From NCBI GenBank assembly GCA_016926915.1, contig JAFGNR010000040.1:230-64229 (forward strand): 64,000 nucleotides of DNA. The letters are read 5' to 3'. The first letter of the stretch is position 1. Every line of letters starts with the position of its first letter. The stretch comes from Anaerolineae bacterium. GTDB taxonomy: Bacteria; Chloroflexota; Anaerolineae; B4-G1; SLSP01. The notes beneath the pieces were generated by a model. The model was given only the letters and a program-made list of their open reading frames with translations, ran no database searches and was not told where the DNA came from. A program made the translations under genes and the position numbers. Below, in pieces: positions 1-9,393 of the stretch.

Positions 1-61
1 GCAGTCGCCCTCCTCCCAGGGGGTCGAGTAGCGCGGCGTTCACCGAACTATCGTTTTCCAG

Positions 62-96
62 GCCAGCCTACGGGACCACCCGGGGCTGGCTTTTTT
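62..96 (+). terminator. Rho-independent terminator of an upstream plus-strand gene lying outside the window
   Basis: GC stem gccagcc(62-68)/ggctggc(84-90) with inner cggg/cccg pairing, followed directly by T6 (91-96). Confidence 0.55.
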
Positions 97-190
97 GTGT
101 GTCAGAGGAGGCCAGGGACAGAAGAGTACACAAAAGCCAGGAGAAAATGACGATCAGTAAACACATGTCGCCATGACGGCATGGGGGTTC

Positions 191-218
191 TTGACATAGA
201 GGCCCACGTTCATATACT
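191..218 (+). promoter_or_regulatory. sigma70 promoter for glnA
   Basis: TTGACA (191-196), 16-nt spacer, TATACT (213-218). It is about 25 nt upstream of RBS AAGGAG (232-237) and the ATG at 244. The ORF-track start at 181 lies inside this promoter. Confidence 0.5.
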
Positions 219-243
219 CTTAACAGAAAATAAGGAGCATGAG

Positions 244-1575
244 ATGACTTCCGAATTGCTTACCCGCGTAAAAGAGGGGGGTATCAAGTTTGTCAGCCTG
301 CAATTCACTGATATTCTGGGCAACGTGAAGGCTGTCACGCTGCCGGTCGATCAACTTCCCCGGGCCCTGGAAGAAGGCATTTTCTTCGACGGCTCTTCCA
401 TCGAAGGGTTCGCCCGCATTCAGGAAAGCGACCGCGTTCTCGTTCCCGATCCCACGACCTATCGCGTGCTGCCCTGGAGTGCGCCGGAACGCCGTCGCGC
501 CCGTTTGTTCTGTGACGTCTACGGCCCTGATGGCAATCCCTCACCCAATGATCCGCGCACCGCGTTGAAGCGCGTTTTGGCAGAAGCCGCCAAGATGGGA
601 CTGACCTTCAACACCGGTCCCGAAATCGAGTTCTTCATCTTCGAACACTCCAACCACCACCCGCTGCGACCGGTTCCCCACGATATCATAGGCTATTTCG
701 ACTTCTCGCCGCGCGACAAAGCGCAGCAGGTGCGAAGTGAAATTGTCCTGGCCCTCAAGGCCCTGGGGATCAACGTCGAAATGAGCCACCACGAGGTCGC
801 AACAGGCCAACACGAGATTGATTTTCGCTATGCCGACGCGCTGACCAGCGCGGATAACGCGGTCACGTTCAAATACACTGTGCGTGCTATTGCCGCAGCC
901 TATGATCTCTATGCCAGCTTCATGCCCAAACCGATCTATGGCATCAACGGGTCGGGCATGCATACCCATCAAAGCCTATCCGACGCCGACGGCCATAACC
1001 TGTTTTACGATCCCGAATCCGCGCATGGGCTATCCTCTCTGGCCGAGTCATTCGTCGCAGGACAACTGGCCCACGCGCGCGCGCTTTCCGCCATCCTGGC
1101 GCCCACCGTGAACAGTTATAAACGCCTGACGCCCGGCTACGAGGCGCCTGTCTACATCTGCTGGGCGCAATTGAATCGCTCGGCATTGATTCGCGTTCCG
1201 GCAACCAGCGTCAATACCGCCGGAAGCACCCGCATCGAGCTCCGGTGTCCGGACCCCAGCACCAATCCGTACCTGGCCTTCGCCGCCATGTTGGCAGCCG
1301 GACTCGATGGCATCAAGAAGGGCCTCAAGCCGCCCGCGATGGTTAACGAGGACATCTATCATCTCAGCGCAGAAGACCTGGCGAAACGCAAGATCGCCAT
1401 GCTCCCTGCAACCCTGGCTGAAGCGCTGGAAGCGCTGCACGCCAATGAAGTCATTCGGGAGTCCCTGGGCGGCCCCATCATCGACGTCTTCATGCGGGCC
1501 AAATGGGCCGAATGGGAGGAATATCGCATCCAGGTCACGCCCTGGGAAATCGAACGCTATCTGGAAACCGCTTAG
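244..1575 (+). CDS. glnA: Glutamine synthetase type I
   Basis: The 444-aa product has GSI hallmarks: the N-terminal beta-grasp segment KFVSLQFTDILG and FDGSSIEGF, then the catalytic domain (MPKP, NGSGMHTHQSL, RVPA). Start moved to the ATG at 244, which has RBS AAGGAG. Confidence 0.9.
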   Translation: MTSELLTRVKEGGIKFVSLQFTDILGNVKAVTLPVDQLPRALEEGIFFDGSSIEGFARIQESDRVLVPDPTTYRVLPWSAPERRRARLFCDVYGPDGNPSPNDPRTALKRVLAEAAKMGLTFNTGPEIEFFIFEHSNHHPLRPVPHDIIGYFDFSPRDKAQQVRSEIVLALKALGINVEMSHHEVATGQHEIDFRYADALTSADNAVTFKYTVRAIAAAYDLYASFMPKPIYGINGSGMHTHQSLSDADGHNLFYDPESAHGLSSLAESFVAGQLAHARALSAILAPTVNSYKRLTPGYEAPVYICWAQLNRSALIRVPATSVNTAGSTRIELRCPDPSTNPYLAFAAMLAAGLDGIKKGLKPPAMVNEDIYHLSAEDLAKRKIAMLPATLAEALEALHANEVIRESLGGPIIDVFMRAKWAEWEEYRIQVTPWEIERYLETA

Positions 1576-1649
1576 CCTGAGCCAGCATGCACCGGCTGGC
1601 CCGCTTACGCTCAGGCCAGCCGGTGAAATGCACAATATGTGAGGTTATC

Positions 1650-2114
1650 ATGTCACCCGATAAAGTCCCGATCATCTACCAAGCCGCCGGAGGCGTCGTT
1701 ACCGATGTCGCAGGAGAGCGAGTGTTGCTCCTGATCCGCCCGGCCCGCGACGAAGTGCGACTCCCCAAAGGCCACGTCGAGCCGGGGGAATCGACAAGCG
1801 AGGCCGCAGTGCGCGAGACGCAGGAAGAAACGGGATACGGAAACCTCGCCATCGTGGCCTCACTCGGCAAGCAACTGGTGGCATTCCAACTGGGTCGCCA
1901 CTCCGTGCACCGCACCGAGTTCTATTTCCTGCTAAAGACCCTGAACTACGAGCAAATTGCCAGACCTGAAGCTGACGACGAGCAGTTTTTCCCCATTTGG
2001 GTGACCTGGGAGGAAGCCCTGGAACATCTCACCTTCGCGGCAGAGCAAGAGTGGGTCCGGCGCGCCATTGCCTATCGCAAGAAGCACCCCTCTTTTGCGA
2101 AAGAATCGCCCTAA
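1650..2114 (+). CDS. NUDIX hydrolase (MutT-like)
   Basis: Nudix box GHVEPGESTSEAAVRETQEETG. Start moved to the ATG at 1650 (upstream RBS gaggt); the ORF-track start at 1587 is less likely. Confidence 0.75.
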   Translation: MSPDKVPIIYQAAGGVVTDVAGERVLLLIRPARDEVRLPKGHVEPGESTSEAAVRETQEETGYGNLAIVASLGKQLVAFQLGRHSVHRTEFYFLLKTLNYEQIARPEADDEQFFPIWVTWEEALEHLTFAAEQEWVRRAIAYRKKHPSFAKESP

Positions 2115-2118
2115 GGCT

Positions 2119-2832
2119 ATGCTTAAACGCACCATGAACACACACCATCCTACCCAACTGACTGAAAAAGCCCTTGAGATCCATGACCGGTTGCAGCAAG
2201 TCTATGGAGAGCACTCCTGGCGTCAGGATACCGATCCCTTATCGGAACTGGTCAATACCATCCTGAGCCAGAACACCAATGATCTGAACCGCGACCAGGC
2301 CTTCGCGCAGCTGCGCGAGAAGTTCCCCACCTGGGAAGCAGTCCGGGATGCCCCCGTAGCCGACCTGATCGAGGCCATCCGGCCGGCCGGCCTTGCGCCG
2401 AGCAAAGGCCCGCGTATCAAAGCGGCGCTGGAACGCATTACTGAGGAAGTCGGGGCGCTTTCCCTGGACTTTCTGCGCGATCTCCCCCTGGAAGAAGCGC
2501 GAAGTTGGCTCTTGAGTCTCGACGGTGTAGGCCCCAAAACGGCAGCCATTGTGCTCCTGTTCTCCCTGGGCCGGCCCGCATTTCCGGTCGACACCCACAT
2601 TCACCGCGTAACCCGGCGCCTGGGATTGATTCCGGCGGGCGCCTCCCGGGAGAAAGCGCACAAACTCCTAGAAGACTTGTTGCCGCCGGCGTATTACTAT
2701 CCGTTTCACATCGAGATCATCACACATGGCCGGCAAATCTGCGCGGCGCGCGCGCCCCGGTGTGAAGTGTGCCCCCTGCGCGAGCTATGCCATGCTTACC
2801 AACAGAGGAGCAACCGTGAAACAAACCCGTAA
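2119..2832 (+). CDS. nth: Endonuclease III family DNA glycosylase (HhH-GPD, 4Fe-4S)
   Basis: HhH-GPD motif LDGVGPKTAAIVL, PVDTHIHRV, and a C-terminal C-x6-C-x2-C-x5-C cluster (CAARAPRCEVCPLRELC). Start taken at the ATG at 2119, just after the nudix stop. Confidence 0.8.
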   Translation: MLKRTMNTHHPTQLTEKALEIHDRLQQVYGEHSWRQDTDPLSELVNTILSQNTNDLNRDQAFAQLREKFPTWEAVRDAPVADLIEAIRPAGLAPSKGPRIKAALERITEEVGALSLDFLRDLPLEEARSWLLSLDGVGPKTAAIVLLFSLGRPAFPVDTHIHRVTRRLGLIPAGASREKAHKLLEDLLPPAYYYPFHIEIITHGRQICAARAPRCEVCPLRELCHAYQQRSNRETNP

Positions 2833-3394
2833 CCCCCGCTTTCCCTTATTGATTTACCAGGCCATCGGCAAACGGTGGCGCGGCCCCTCCTTCCTGTTAA
2901 TCCCGGCAGGTGTAAGCTTGTGGTGGGCGACGCGCCAAAGCGCAGCCCTCAACACGGAGTATGCCGCCCTTGCGCTCATTATCACCCTGGTCGGGTTCCT
3001 GCTGTTTGCCTATAGTCTCCTGGCCCACAACGCCGGGGTGCGATGCCACGAGCAACACTTCACAGTAGGGTCGGCGATCTATCCGCTCAATTTCTCCTAC
3101 CGGCGCATCACCACCGTGCGCCCCGTACAGTTCAACCAAATCTTCCCCCCCACCCAAGAGAAAGCAGCGCGCCGCCGGCTTTTCGAAAGCTATTGGAGCA
3201 AAACGACCGTGGTGGTGGATCTCAACGGATACCCGCTACCTCTGTGGTGGATCAAATTGTGGTTCAGCCCTTACGTGATCGTTCCGGACGGCACAGGACT
3301 GGTGCTGCTGGTAGAGGACTGGATGGGATTGATCCGGCAGTTGGAGACCGCGCGCAGCTTCCAGGCGGAGAAACGCAAGGTTGCGCGGCTTTAG
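2816..3394 (+). CDS. Hypothetical membrane protein (two predicted TM helices, possible bacterial PH-like domain)
   Basis: GTG start at 2816 preceded by RBS GAGGAG. Hydrophobic segments FLLIPAGVSLWW and LALIITLVGFLLFAYSLL. No recognisable catalytic motif. Confidence 0.45.
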   Translation: MKQTRNPRFPLLIYQAIGKRWRGPSFLLIPAGVSLWWATRQSAALNTEYAALALIITLVGFLLFAYSLLAHNAGVRCHEQHFTVGSAIYPLNFSYRRITTVRPVQFNQIFPPTQEKAARRRLFESYWSKTTVVVDLNGYPLPLWWIKLWFSPYVIVPDGTGLVLLVEDWMGLIRQLETARSFQAEKRKVARL

Positions 3395-3786
3395 AGGGTT
3401 TAGCGTGCTTCGAGACCTCTCCGTTACAAAATGCCTTGGTTAAGGAAATTTTAACAGGGTTTTCCACATGGTTCTCCACAGCGAGAAACCGCAGATATAG
3501 GGGGAAGCCCGCGCCGGACTGGCACAAGCGCCGAATAACGCTTTTGCTACTCACACTTAAGAGTGCAATATTAAAATTACTCGGATTTTAACGTAAAATG
3601 CCGCTCCAGGCATTGCCCAGAACGGCATTTTCTGGTAGAATGTGATCAGGCCAAGGGGCAAGAGCTCCACGACCTGTCGGCCAGATCCACGCCGGCAGGT
3701 GATGTTCGACTATATCCTAACGATGGCAGCAGTATTTCATCGTGTGGGGGTTTTTTGCGTCTATCATACGAGGCGAGGGCATAACG
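3395..3786. other. Candidate chromosomal origin (oriC): DnaA-box-like 9-mers plus an AT-rich putative unwinding element, directly upstream of dnaA
   Basis: Two direct 9-mers, each one mismatch from TTATCCACA: TTTTCCACA (3460-3468) and TTCTCCACA (3472-3480). Weaker 6/9 matches at about 3681-3689 and 3711-3719. An AT-rich stretch at 3557-3600 stands out in a ~60% GC genome. Triple ggcatt/aatgcc inverted repeats lie at 3597-3635. Confidence 0.4.
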
Positions 3787-5136
3787 ATGGCAACGACAGA
3801 TCCGCAACGGCTTTGGCAGGCGACACTCGGAGAGTTGGAACTCCAAATGACCCGTGCGACTTTTGACACCTGGCTACGCGACACTCATTTCCTGGCAATG
3901 GAAGATGGCAATCGCATCGTAATCGGAGTCAAGAACGGTTACGCCGTGGAGTGGCTGGAAAATCGGCTCTATCCGGTGATTCAACGCGCACTCTTTCACA
4001 TCGCAGGGCAACCCATGGAAGCGCGGTTTGTAGTGTGGGATAACAAGATCATGAACGAGGAAGAAAACCCGTATCTCTTGATGGGCCAAACCGGCCCGGC
4101 TGAGATCGAGGTCGTTTCCGATCCGGGGTTGAATCCCGAGTACAATTTCGAGAATTTCGTTATCGGGCCTGGGAATCGCCTGGCCCAGGCGGCCTCACAG
4201 GCAGTAGCCGAGGCGCCCGCGCGCGCGTACAATCCGCTCTTCATCTACGGGGGTGTGGGGTTAGGGAAAACCCACCTCCTGCACGCTATTGGACAAATCT
4301 GCCATAAGAAAGGTATGCAAGTCCTCTATCTATCGTCAGAGCAGTTCACGAACGACCTGGTGGATGCCATTCGCACCCACACCACGGATACCTTCCGGGA
4401 GAAATATCGCAGCACGCATGTGCTGCTGGTGGATGATATTCAGTTCATAGCCGGGAAGGAAAGCACCCAGGAGGAGTTCTTCCACACGTTCAACGCCTTG
4501 CGCGACAACGGCCGGCAGATCGTATTGAGCAGCGATCGTCCGCCCCGCGCCATGAGCACGTTGGAAGAGCGGCTGCGCTCGCGGTTCGAATGGGGGCTGA
4601 TTGTGGACATTCAGGCCCCGGATTTCGAAACCCGCCTCGCGATTCTGCAACACAAGGCCAACCGGCTCATGATAGACATGCCCGACAACGTCCTGGAGTT
4701 CATCGCCAACAACATCGAGAGCAATATTCGAGAACTCGAGGGGGCGCTCAACCAGGTGCTGGCCTTGACCCGGCTCACAGGCCAGCCTTTGAATGTGGAA
4801 ACTACCCAGAACGCTTTGGCCGATCTGCTGCCCCACCGACCTGAGATTCGCCCGAACGAGATCATCGAAACGGTGGCAGCGTACTACAACATTTCGGTTG
4901 ATGAACTGCAGGGCGCGCGACGCAACCAACGCATCGCCTTCCCGCGCCAAATCGCGATGTACCTGATGCGGGAAGAGACCGGGGAATCCCTCCCACAGAT
5001 CGGGGCGCGGTTGGGAGGACGCGATCACACGACCATCCTCTATGGGTGCGACCGAATTCGCACCCGGATGGAATCCGATGCGCAGGTGCGACGTGAGGTG
5101 CTGGCCCTCAAAGCGCGGCTTTATGAGCGGAACTGA
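3787..5136 (+). CDS. dnaA: Chromosomal replication initiator protein DnaA
   Basis: N-terminal MATTDPQRLWQATLGELE, AAA+ Walker A GGVGLGKTHLL, box VII, and the C-terminal DNA-binding helix-turn-helix (IGARLGGRDHTTILYGCDRI). ATG at 3787. Confidence 0.95.
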   Translation: MATTDPQRLWQATLGELELQMTRATFDTWLRDTHFLAMEDGNRIVIGVKNGYAVEWLENRLYPVIQRALFHIAGQPMEARFVVWDNKIMNEEENPYLLMGQTGPAEIEVVSDPGLNPEYNFENFVIGPGNRLAQAASQAVAEAPARAYNPLFIYGGVGLGKTHLLHAIGQICHKKGMQVLYLSSEQFTNDLVDAIRTHTTDTFREKYRSTHVLLVDDIQFIAGKESTQEEFFHTFNALRDNGRQIVLSSDRPPRAMSTLEERLRSRFEWGLIVDIQAPDFETRLAILQHKANRLMIDMPDNVLEFIANNIESNIRELEGALNQVLALTRLTGQPLNVETTQNALADLLPHRPEIRPNEIIETVAAYYNISVDELQGARRNQRIAFPRQIAMYLMREETGESLPQIGARLGGRDHTTILYGCDRIRTRMESDAQVRREVLALKARLYERN

Positions 5137-7111
5137 AACAGCTGTCCCCAAGACCGACGCGGCTCCCAGAAGAAGCCGCGTTTTTGGTCTGGCGCCGCGC
5201 CGCTGCCATAGGGTGTGTCTGCTTGTCATCCTGTGCCTCGGCGCAGTGCTCCGGTGCGCCAACGTGACGTTGCCGCCGGTGGATTATCACAGCTGGCGGC
5301 AGACCGAAACGGCGGCGCTGGCGCGGAATTACGCCGCAGAAGGGTACCGCCTGTTTTATCCCACCGTAGATTGGCGGGGGCATACTGAAGGCTACGTAGA
5401 GTCGGAGCTGTCCCTCTATGCATTCACCGTGGCGCTGCTGTACGGAGTGTTGGGTTTCAACGAAGCCTGGGCCAGACTCTTGACCATTTTGGTAACCGCC
5501 ATCACCGGGTACCTGCTCGCCGGGATCGCCGCGCGCATCTGGACCCGACGCGCCGGGCTTTTTACCGCCCTGGTCTTCACGTTCCTTTCTCCCTTCAGCC
5601 TGTTCTTCGGGCAGGCCATCATGGGAGACATGACTGTGCTGTTGTGCGTCACCCTGGCGGTATACGCCGGTTTGCGTTGGATGGAGCAAGCCGCACAAGC
5701 ATCCGAATCACCAACAAGGGGTTGGGGATGGTTCCTGCTCATGGGAGGGACATTGGCGGCCGGCGGCCTCTCGAAGCTGCCCGCGCTCTATATTGCCGCC
5801 CCCCTCGCAGTCCTGCTCTTCTTGCGCGAAGGGTGGCGCATGGTACGCAAGCCCCGGAACTGGGCGCTGGCCCTGGTATCCATCGGCCTCGTCGCGGCGT
5901 GGTATGCCCATGCATACCGCCTCGGAACTCAGACCGGGTTGACCTTTGGGATTTGGGGATCGAACAAGGTAGGGAATTGGGATCTACTGCGCGATGTGGG
6001 ATTCTATCGCGCCTTGTGGTTCAATTTCTCACGACGCCTGCTGGCGCCCCAGGTTTTCGTTTTCATGGGGCTGGGGCTGGTATTGCCCTACACACGCCGG
6101 ACCGAGGCCGCGCCCGTGGTCTGGCTGCTGAGTGTGCTGGCCTATCTACTGTATGCCGGCATTGGCGTCCTGGGGCAAGACTACTACACCCTGGCGCTGC
6201 TGCCGCCGGTAAGTCTGCTGGCAGGCAAGGCGTTAAACTGGATTTATGAGCGCATCACGATCTGGGGCTGGCGCCCCACGTTTCGATATCCCCTGGCCGC
6301 TTTCGCGCTTTTCGGTCTGTCTACCTTTCTGCTGTTGCAAGCCTCGGTGTATGCCGGGAATACCGCTGCCGAACTGTTCACGCCCTCAGAGTCTGCCTGG
6401 GGATTCTGGGAAGGGGGTCACTGGATTCAGGCAGCCACGCCGCCAGACGCCGGCTTGATCGTCGTCGGCGCCTCCCCTCCGGAGGGCTTGTATTTCAGCC
6501 ATCGCCATGGCCTGTGGTATGAAGATGACGCCCTCGCAGCCGTACCGACCGCAGATTGGCCTTACGCCTTACTGCTCAACCCTTATTACGGCGACTTCCC
6601 TACCCTGACAGACCTGCCGGTGCACTGGCGCCTGATCGGCGGCGGACAATGGTTTCTGGCCTATGACCTGCAACAGCAATGGCCCGCGACGCCCACCCAT
6701 CCCCTGGCGGAAGTCCCGCAATGGGGCGGACAAATCTCACTCTTGGGCTACGATTTCATCCCCGACCAGCTGGTCAACGGAAAACTCTATCTCGTCCTGC
6801 ACTGGCGCGCCGCTGCCCAGCCGGAGGCTGCGCTGGTGGGCTTTGTCCACGTCTGGAATAGCCAGGGCGATTTCTGTGGTCAAGATGATCACCAGCCGCT
6901 GCGCGGGCGGCTGGCGACGGAGACCTGGGCGCCGGGTCAAATCGTGCTGGATCCATTCGAGGTCGACGTTTCAGAGTGCGGGCCTGCCACGGAAGCGCTG
7001 CGCGTCAGTACGGGACTCTACCGGGCAGCAGACATCACACGTATCCCCCTCACGTCGTGGCCCAATGCAGACCAGCTCTACTGGTTCGAGATCGCCCCGT
7101 CCACGGAATGA
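5123..7111 (+). CDS. Integral-membrane glycosyltransferase, GT39/GT83 (PMT/ArnT-like) family
   Basis: N-terminal multi-TM region with the motif HSWRQTETAALARNYAAEGYRLFYPTVDW typical of dolichyl-phosphate-mannose/ArnT-type transferases, plus a large C-terminal extracytoplasmic domain. The ATG at 5123 overlaps the dnaA stop by 14 nt. Confidence 0.6.
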   Translation: MSGTETAVPKTDAAPRRSRVFGLAPRRCHRVCLLVILCLGAVLRCANVTLPPVDYHSWRQTETAALARNYAAEGYRLFYPTVDWRGHTEGYVESELSLYAFTVALLYGVLGFNEAWARLLTILVTAITGYLLAGIAARIWTRRAGLFTALVFTFLSPFSLFFGQAIMGDMTVLLCVTLAVYAGLRWMEQAAQASESPTRGWGWFLLMGGTLAAGGLSKLPALYIAAPLAVLLFLREGWRMVRKPRNWALALVSIGLVAAWYAHAYRLGTQTGLTFGIWGSNKVGNWDLLRDVGFYRALWFNFSRRLLAPQVFVFMGLGLVLPYTRRTEAAPVVWLLSVLAYLLYAGIGVLGQDYYTLALLPPVSLLAGKALNWIYERITIWGWRPTFRYPLAAFALFGLSTFLLLQASVYAGNTAAELFTPSESAWGFWEGGHWIQAATPPDAGLIVVGASPPEGLYFSHRHGLWYEDDALAAVPTADWPYALLLNPYYGDFPTLTDLPVHWRLIGGGQWFLAYDLQQQWPATPTHPLAEVPQWGGQISLLGYDFIPDQLVNGKLYLVLHWRAAAQPEAALVGFVHVWNSQGDFCGQDDHQPLRGRLATETWAPGQIVLDPFEVDVSECGPATEALRVSTGLYRAADITRIPLTSWPNADQLYWFEIAPSTE

Positions 7112-7219
7112 TCTCGGTGTGTTTCGTCGCAGTTAGGCGGAAAGGTGCGACGCGCTTTCACGGCGTAGGAAAGGACTCTCACAGCGTCGTGAGCTGCCAA
7201 CCAAGGAGTCACTGAAACC

Positions 7220-8755
7220 ATGCAGTTTGGCGATATCCTCTTAGCGCTGACCCCAATGGGGGTCGTTGTCGTTCTGATGATTGGTCTGCGCTGGAAAAGC
7301 GCCCGCGCCGGTCTGGCCGGCTGGGGCGTGGCGCTACTGGTAGCCAGCCTGCGGTTCGGCGCCACCCGCGACGTCCTGTTCTGGGCCCAGGTTCGCGGGG
7401 CATTCTTCGCCCTATACGTGCTCTATATCATCTGGGGCGCCTTGTTGTTTTACCGGGTCACCGAAGCCGCCGGAACGATCCAGGCGTTGAGCACCCTGCT
7501 TCAGAAAATCTCTCCTAACCGGGCGCTGCAAATCCTGCTGCTGGCCTGGGGATTCGCCTCCTTCCTGCAAGGCGTGGGAGGATTCGGCGTTCCGGTGGCC
7601 GTGGTCGCGCCGCTATTGGTGGGAATGGGCGTGCAGCCCTTGAGCGCCGTCGTGATCCCCTCGCTGGGACACACGTGGGCCGTCTCCTTCGGGTCGCTGG
7701 GCTCTTCCTTCGAAGCCCTGCGAGGCGCCACAGGGCTGGCAGGCGCCGTGCTCGCGCCCGCCAGCGCCCTCTACCTGGGCGTGGTCTGTTTCCTCATGGG
7801 GGCCGCCACACTGTGGGCGGCAGGCAGAGGACGCATGTTGAAAAGCGGGCTGGCGCCTTTGCTGCTCATGGGCAGCGCCATGGCCGGGGGACAGTGGCTT
7901 GCAGCGCGGGGAGGATTATGGAGCATTGCCGCGACCCTGGGCGCGTTGGCCGGTTTGCTGGTGGGCAGCGGCTGGGCTTTGATCCAGAGGCGAGTGCGCC
8001 GGGAAAGCGAAAAACTCCCCGCCACATTGATCCGCAACGCCCTGCTTCCCTATGGAGTGCTGCTCGTCTGGATTTTCGCCTATCGTTTCATTCCGGCGCT
8101 CAAAGGCCTGTTGGATAGTGTGATCATCCGCGTCCAGGTTCCCGGCGTGACCACGGCGCGGGGTTGGGTGACGCCCGCGGGCGCCACACAGAGCATCTCG
8201 GTCTTTGGCCAAACCGGAGCCCTGCTGATCTACGCTTCGCTGCTGATCTGGCTCCTCTACCGGCGTGGGAACCGGGAAAAAACCGGCACGTTCAGAGAGG
8301 TCTGGCAGAAAGTAGCCCGCAGCGGCGTCGCTTCCACTATCGGCATCCTCTCCATGGTAGCCCTGGCCACCACCATGGACCATGCCGGCATGATCACGTT
8401 GTTGGCGCAGGCCCTGGCCGATGCCGCCGGCGCCTTCTTCCCCCTGGTCGCTCCCTTCATCGGCGCGCTCGGCGCCTTCGTAACCGGCAGCAACACCAAC
8501 GCCAACGTGCTTTTCGGCGCCTTGCAACGTGACGTCGCGCAGACCCTCGGCTACGTAACGCCCGTGATCCTGGCCGCCCAAAACGCGGGGGGCGCCATAG
8601 GTTCCACTTTCGCACCCGCCAAGGTGCTCGTGGGGTGCAGCACCGTCGGCATGGGAAACCGGGAAGGCGACGCAATGCGAACCCTCATTGTGTACGACGT
8701 CGCCGCGCTTGGCGTCCTGGCAGTAGTAACGTGGTTTCTGGCGCAATCAAGGTGA
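7220..8755 (+). CDS. L-lactate permease (LctP family)
   Basis: 511 aa with about 12-14 TM helices. The LctP family motif LLLAWGFASFLQGVGGFGVPVAVVAPLLVGMG aligns with the E. coli LldP [20 protein letters not shown] region. Confidence 0.8.
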   Translation: MQFGDILLALTPMGVVVVLMIGLRWKSARAGLAGWGVALLVASLRFGATRDVLFWAQVRGAFFALYVLYIIWGALLFYRVTEAAGTIQALSTLLQKISPNRALQILLLAWGFASFLQGVGGFGVPVAVVAPLLVGMGVQPLSAVVIPSLGHTWAVSFGSLGSSFEALRGATGLAGAVLAPASALYLGVVCFLMGAATLWAAGRGRMLKSGLAPLLLMGSAMAGGQWLAARGGLWSIAATLGALAGLLVGSGWALIQRRVRRESEKLPATLIRNALLPYGVLLVWIFAYRFIPALKGLLDSVIIRVQVPGVTTARGWVTPAGATQSISVFGQTGALLIYASLLIWLLYRRGNREKTGTFREVWQKVARSGVASTIGILSMVALATTMDHAGMITLLAQALADAAGAFFPLVAPFIGALGAFVTGSNTNANVLFGALQRDVAQTLGYVTPVILAAQNAGGAIGSTFAPAKVLVGCSTVGMGNREGDAMRTLIVYDVAALGVLAVVTWFLAQSR

Positions 8756-8822
8756 TAACGGCGTATCTTCTACACGCCTCATGAATCGAGCGCATGTTGG
8801 TTATTGCCGGAAGAACCCCCAC

Positions 8823-8851
8823 TTGAAAACCACTTGGCTTGCCTGTATAAT
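8823..8851 (+). promoter_or_regulatory. sigma70 promoter for the response-regulator / histidine-kinase operon
   Basis: TTGAAA (8823-8828), 17-nt spacer, TATAAT (8846-8851). RBS GAGGGGA and the ATG at 8885 follow. Confidence 0.55.
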
Positions 8852-8884
8852 CAAATCAACAACCCAAGAAAAGTGAGGGGAGAT

Positions 8885-9268
8885 ATGACACGACGTATTC
8901 TGGTGGTCGATGATGACCCCGAAACCGTCAAACTGATCGAGTTTATCCTTCAGCGCAAAGGGTATCTGGTCGTCGGCGAAACCAGCGGGGCCAAAGCACT
9001 CGAAAAGGCCCTGCAAGAGCCTTTCGATCTGATCGTGCTCGATGTGATGATGCCCGAACCGGATGGGTTCAAAGTGGCGCGCGAGCTCCGCAGCGCGCAA
9101 ATGACCGGGGAAATCCCCATCCTGTTCTTCACCGCGAAAGGTTCGGTCACCGACAAACTCGCCGGCTTCCAGGTTGGTGGGGACGATTACCTGACCAAGC
9201 CCATCCACCCGGCGGAACTTCTGGCGCGCGTCGAAGCCCTGCTGGGCGTGGAGAATAACGGCAGTTGA
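8885..9268 (+). CDS. Single-domain response regulator (CheY-like receiver)
   Basis: RILVVDDDPETVKL, the phospho-acceptor context DLIVLDVMMPEPDG, and a conserved K in FFTAKG. There is no output domain. Confidence 0.85.
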   Translation: MTRRILVVDDDPETVKLIEFILQRKGYLVVGETSGAKALEKALQEPFDLIVLDVMMPEPDGFKVARELRSAQMTGEIPILFFTAKGSVTDKLAGFQVGGDDYLTKPIHPAELLARVEALLGVENNGS

Positions 9269-9393
9269 GCTTCCACAGTGTTCGTCTCGAAAGATTTCAT
9301 GCGCGCCGCTGCGTTCTTGGCCGGCGATCATAAGACCTTACGGTCGTTGACGCGCGTTGCGGTTAAGCGACCGGTTTCCGAGAGAATCACAAG

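Noticed and set aside
181-243. ORF-track start of glnA at 181
   Set aside because: The ATG at 181 lies inside the TTGACA-16-TATACT promoter. The ATG at 244 has a proper AAGGAG RBS and matches GSI N-termini.
1576-1650. Nested inverted repeats (cctgagccagc ... gctggc ... gctcagg) after glnA, as a terminator
   Set aside because: Good stems but no U-tract. More likely an RNA structure or read-through into the nudix gene, so not called as a terminator.
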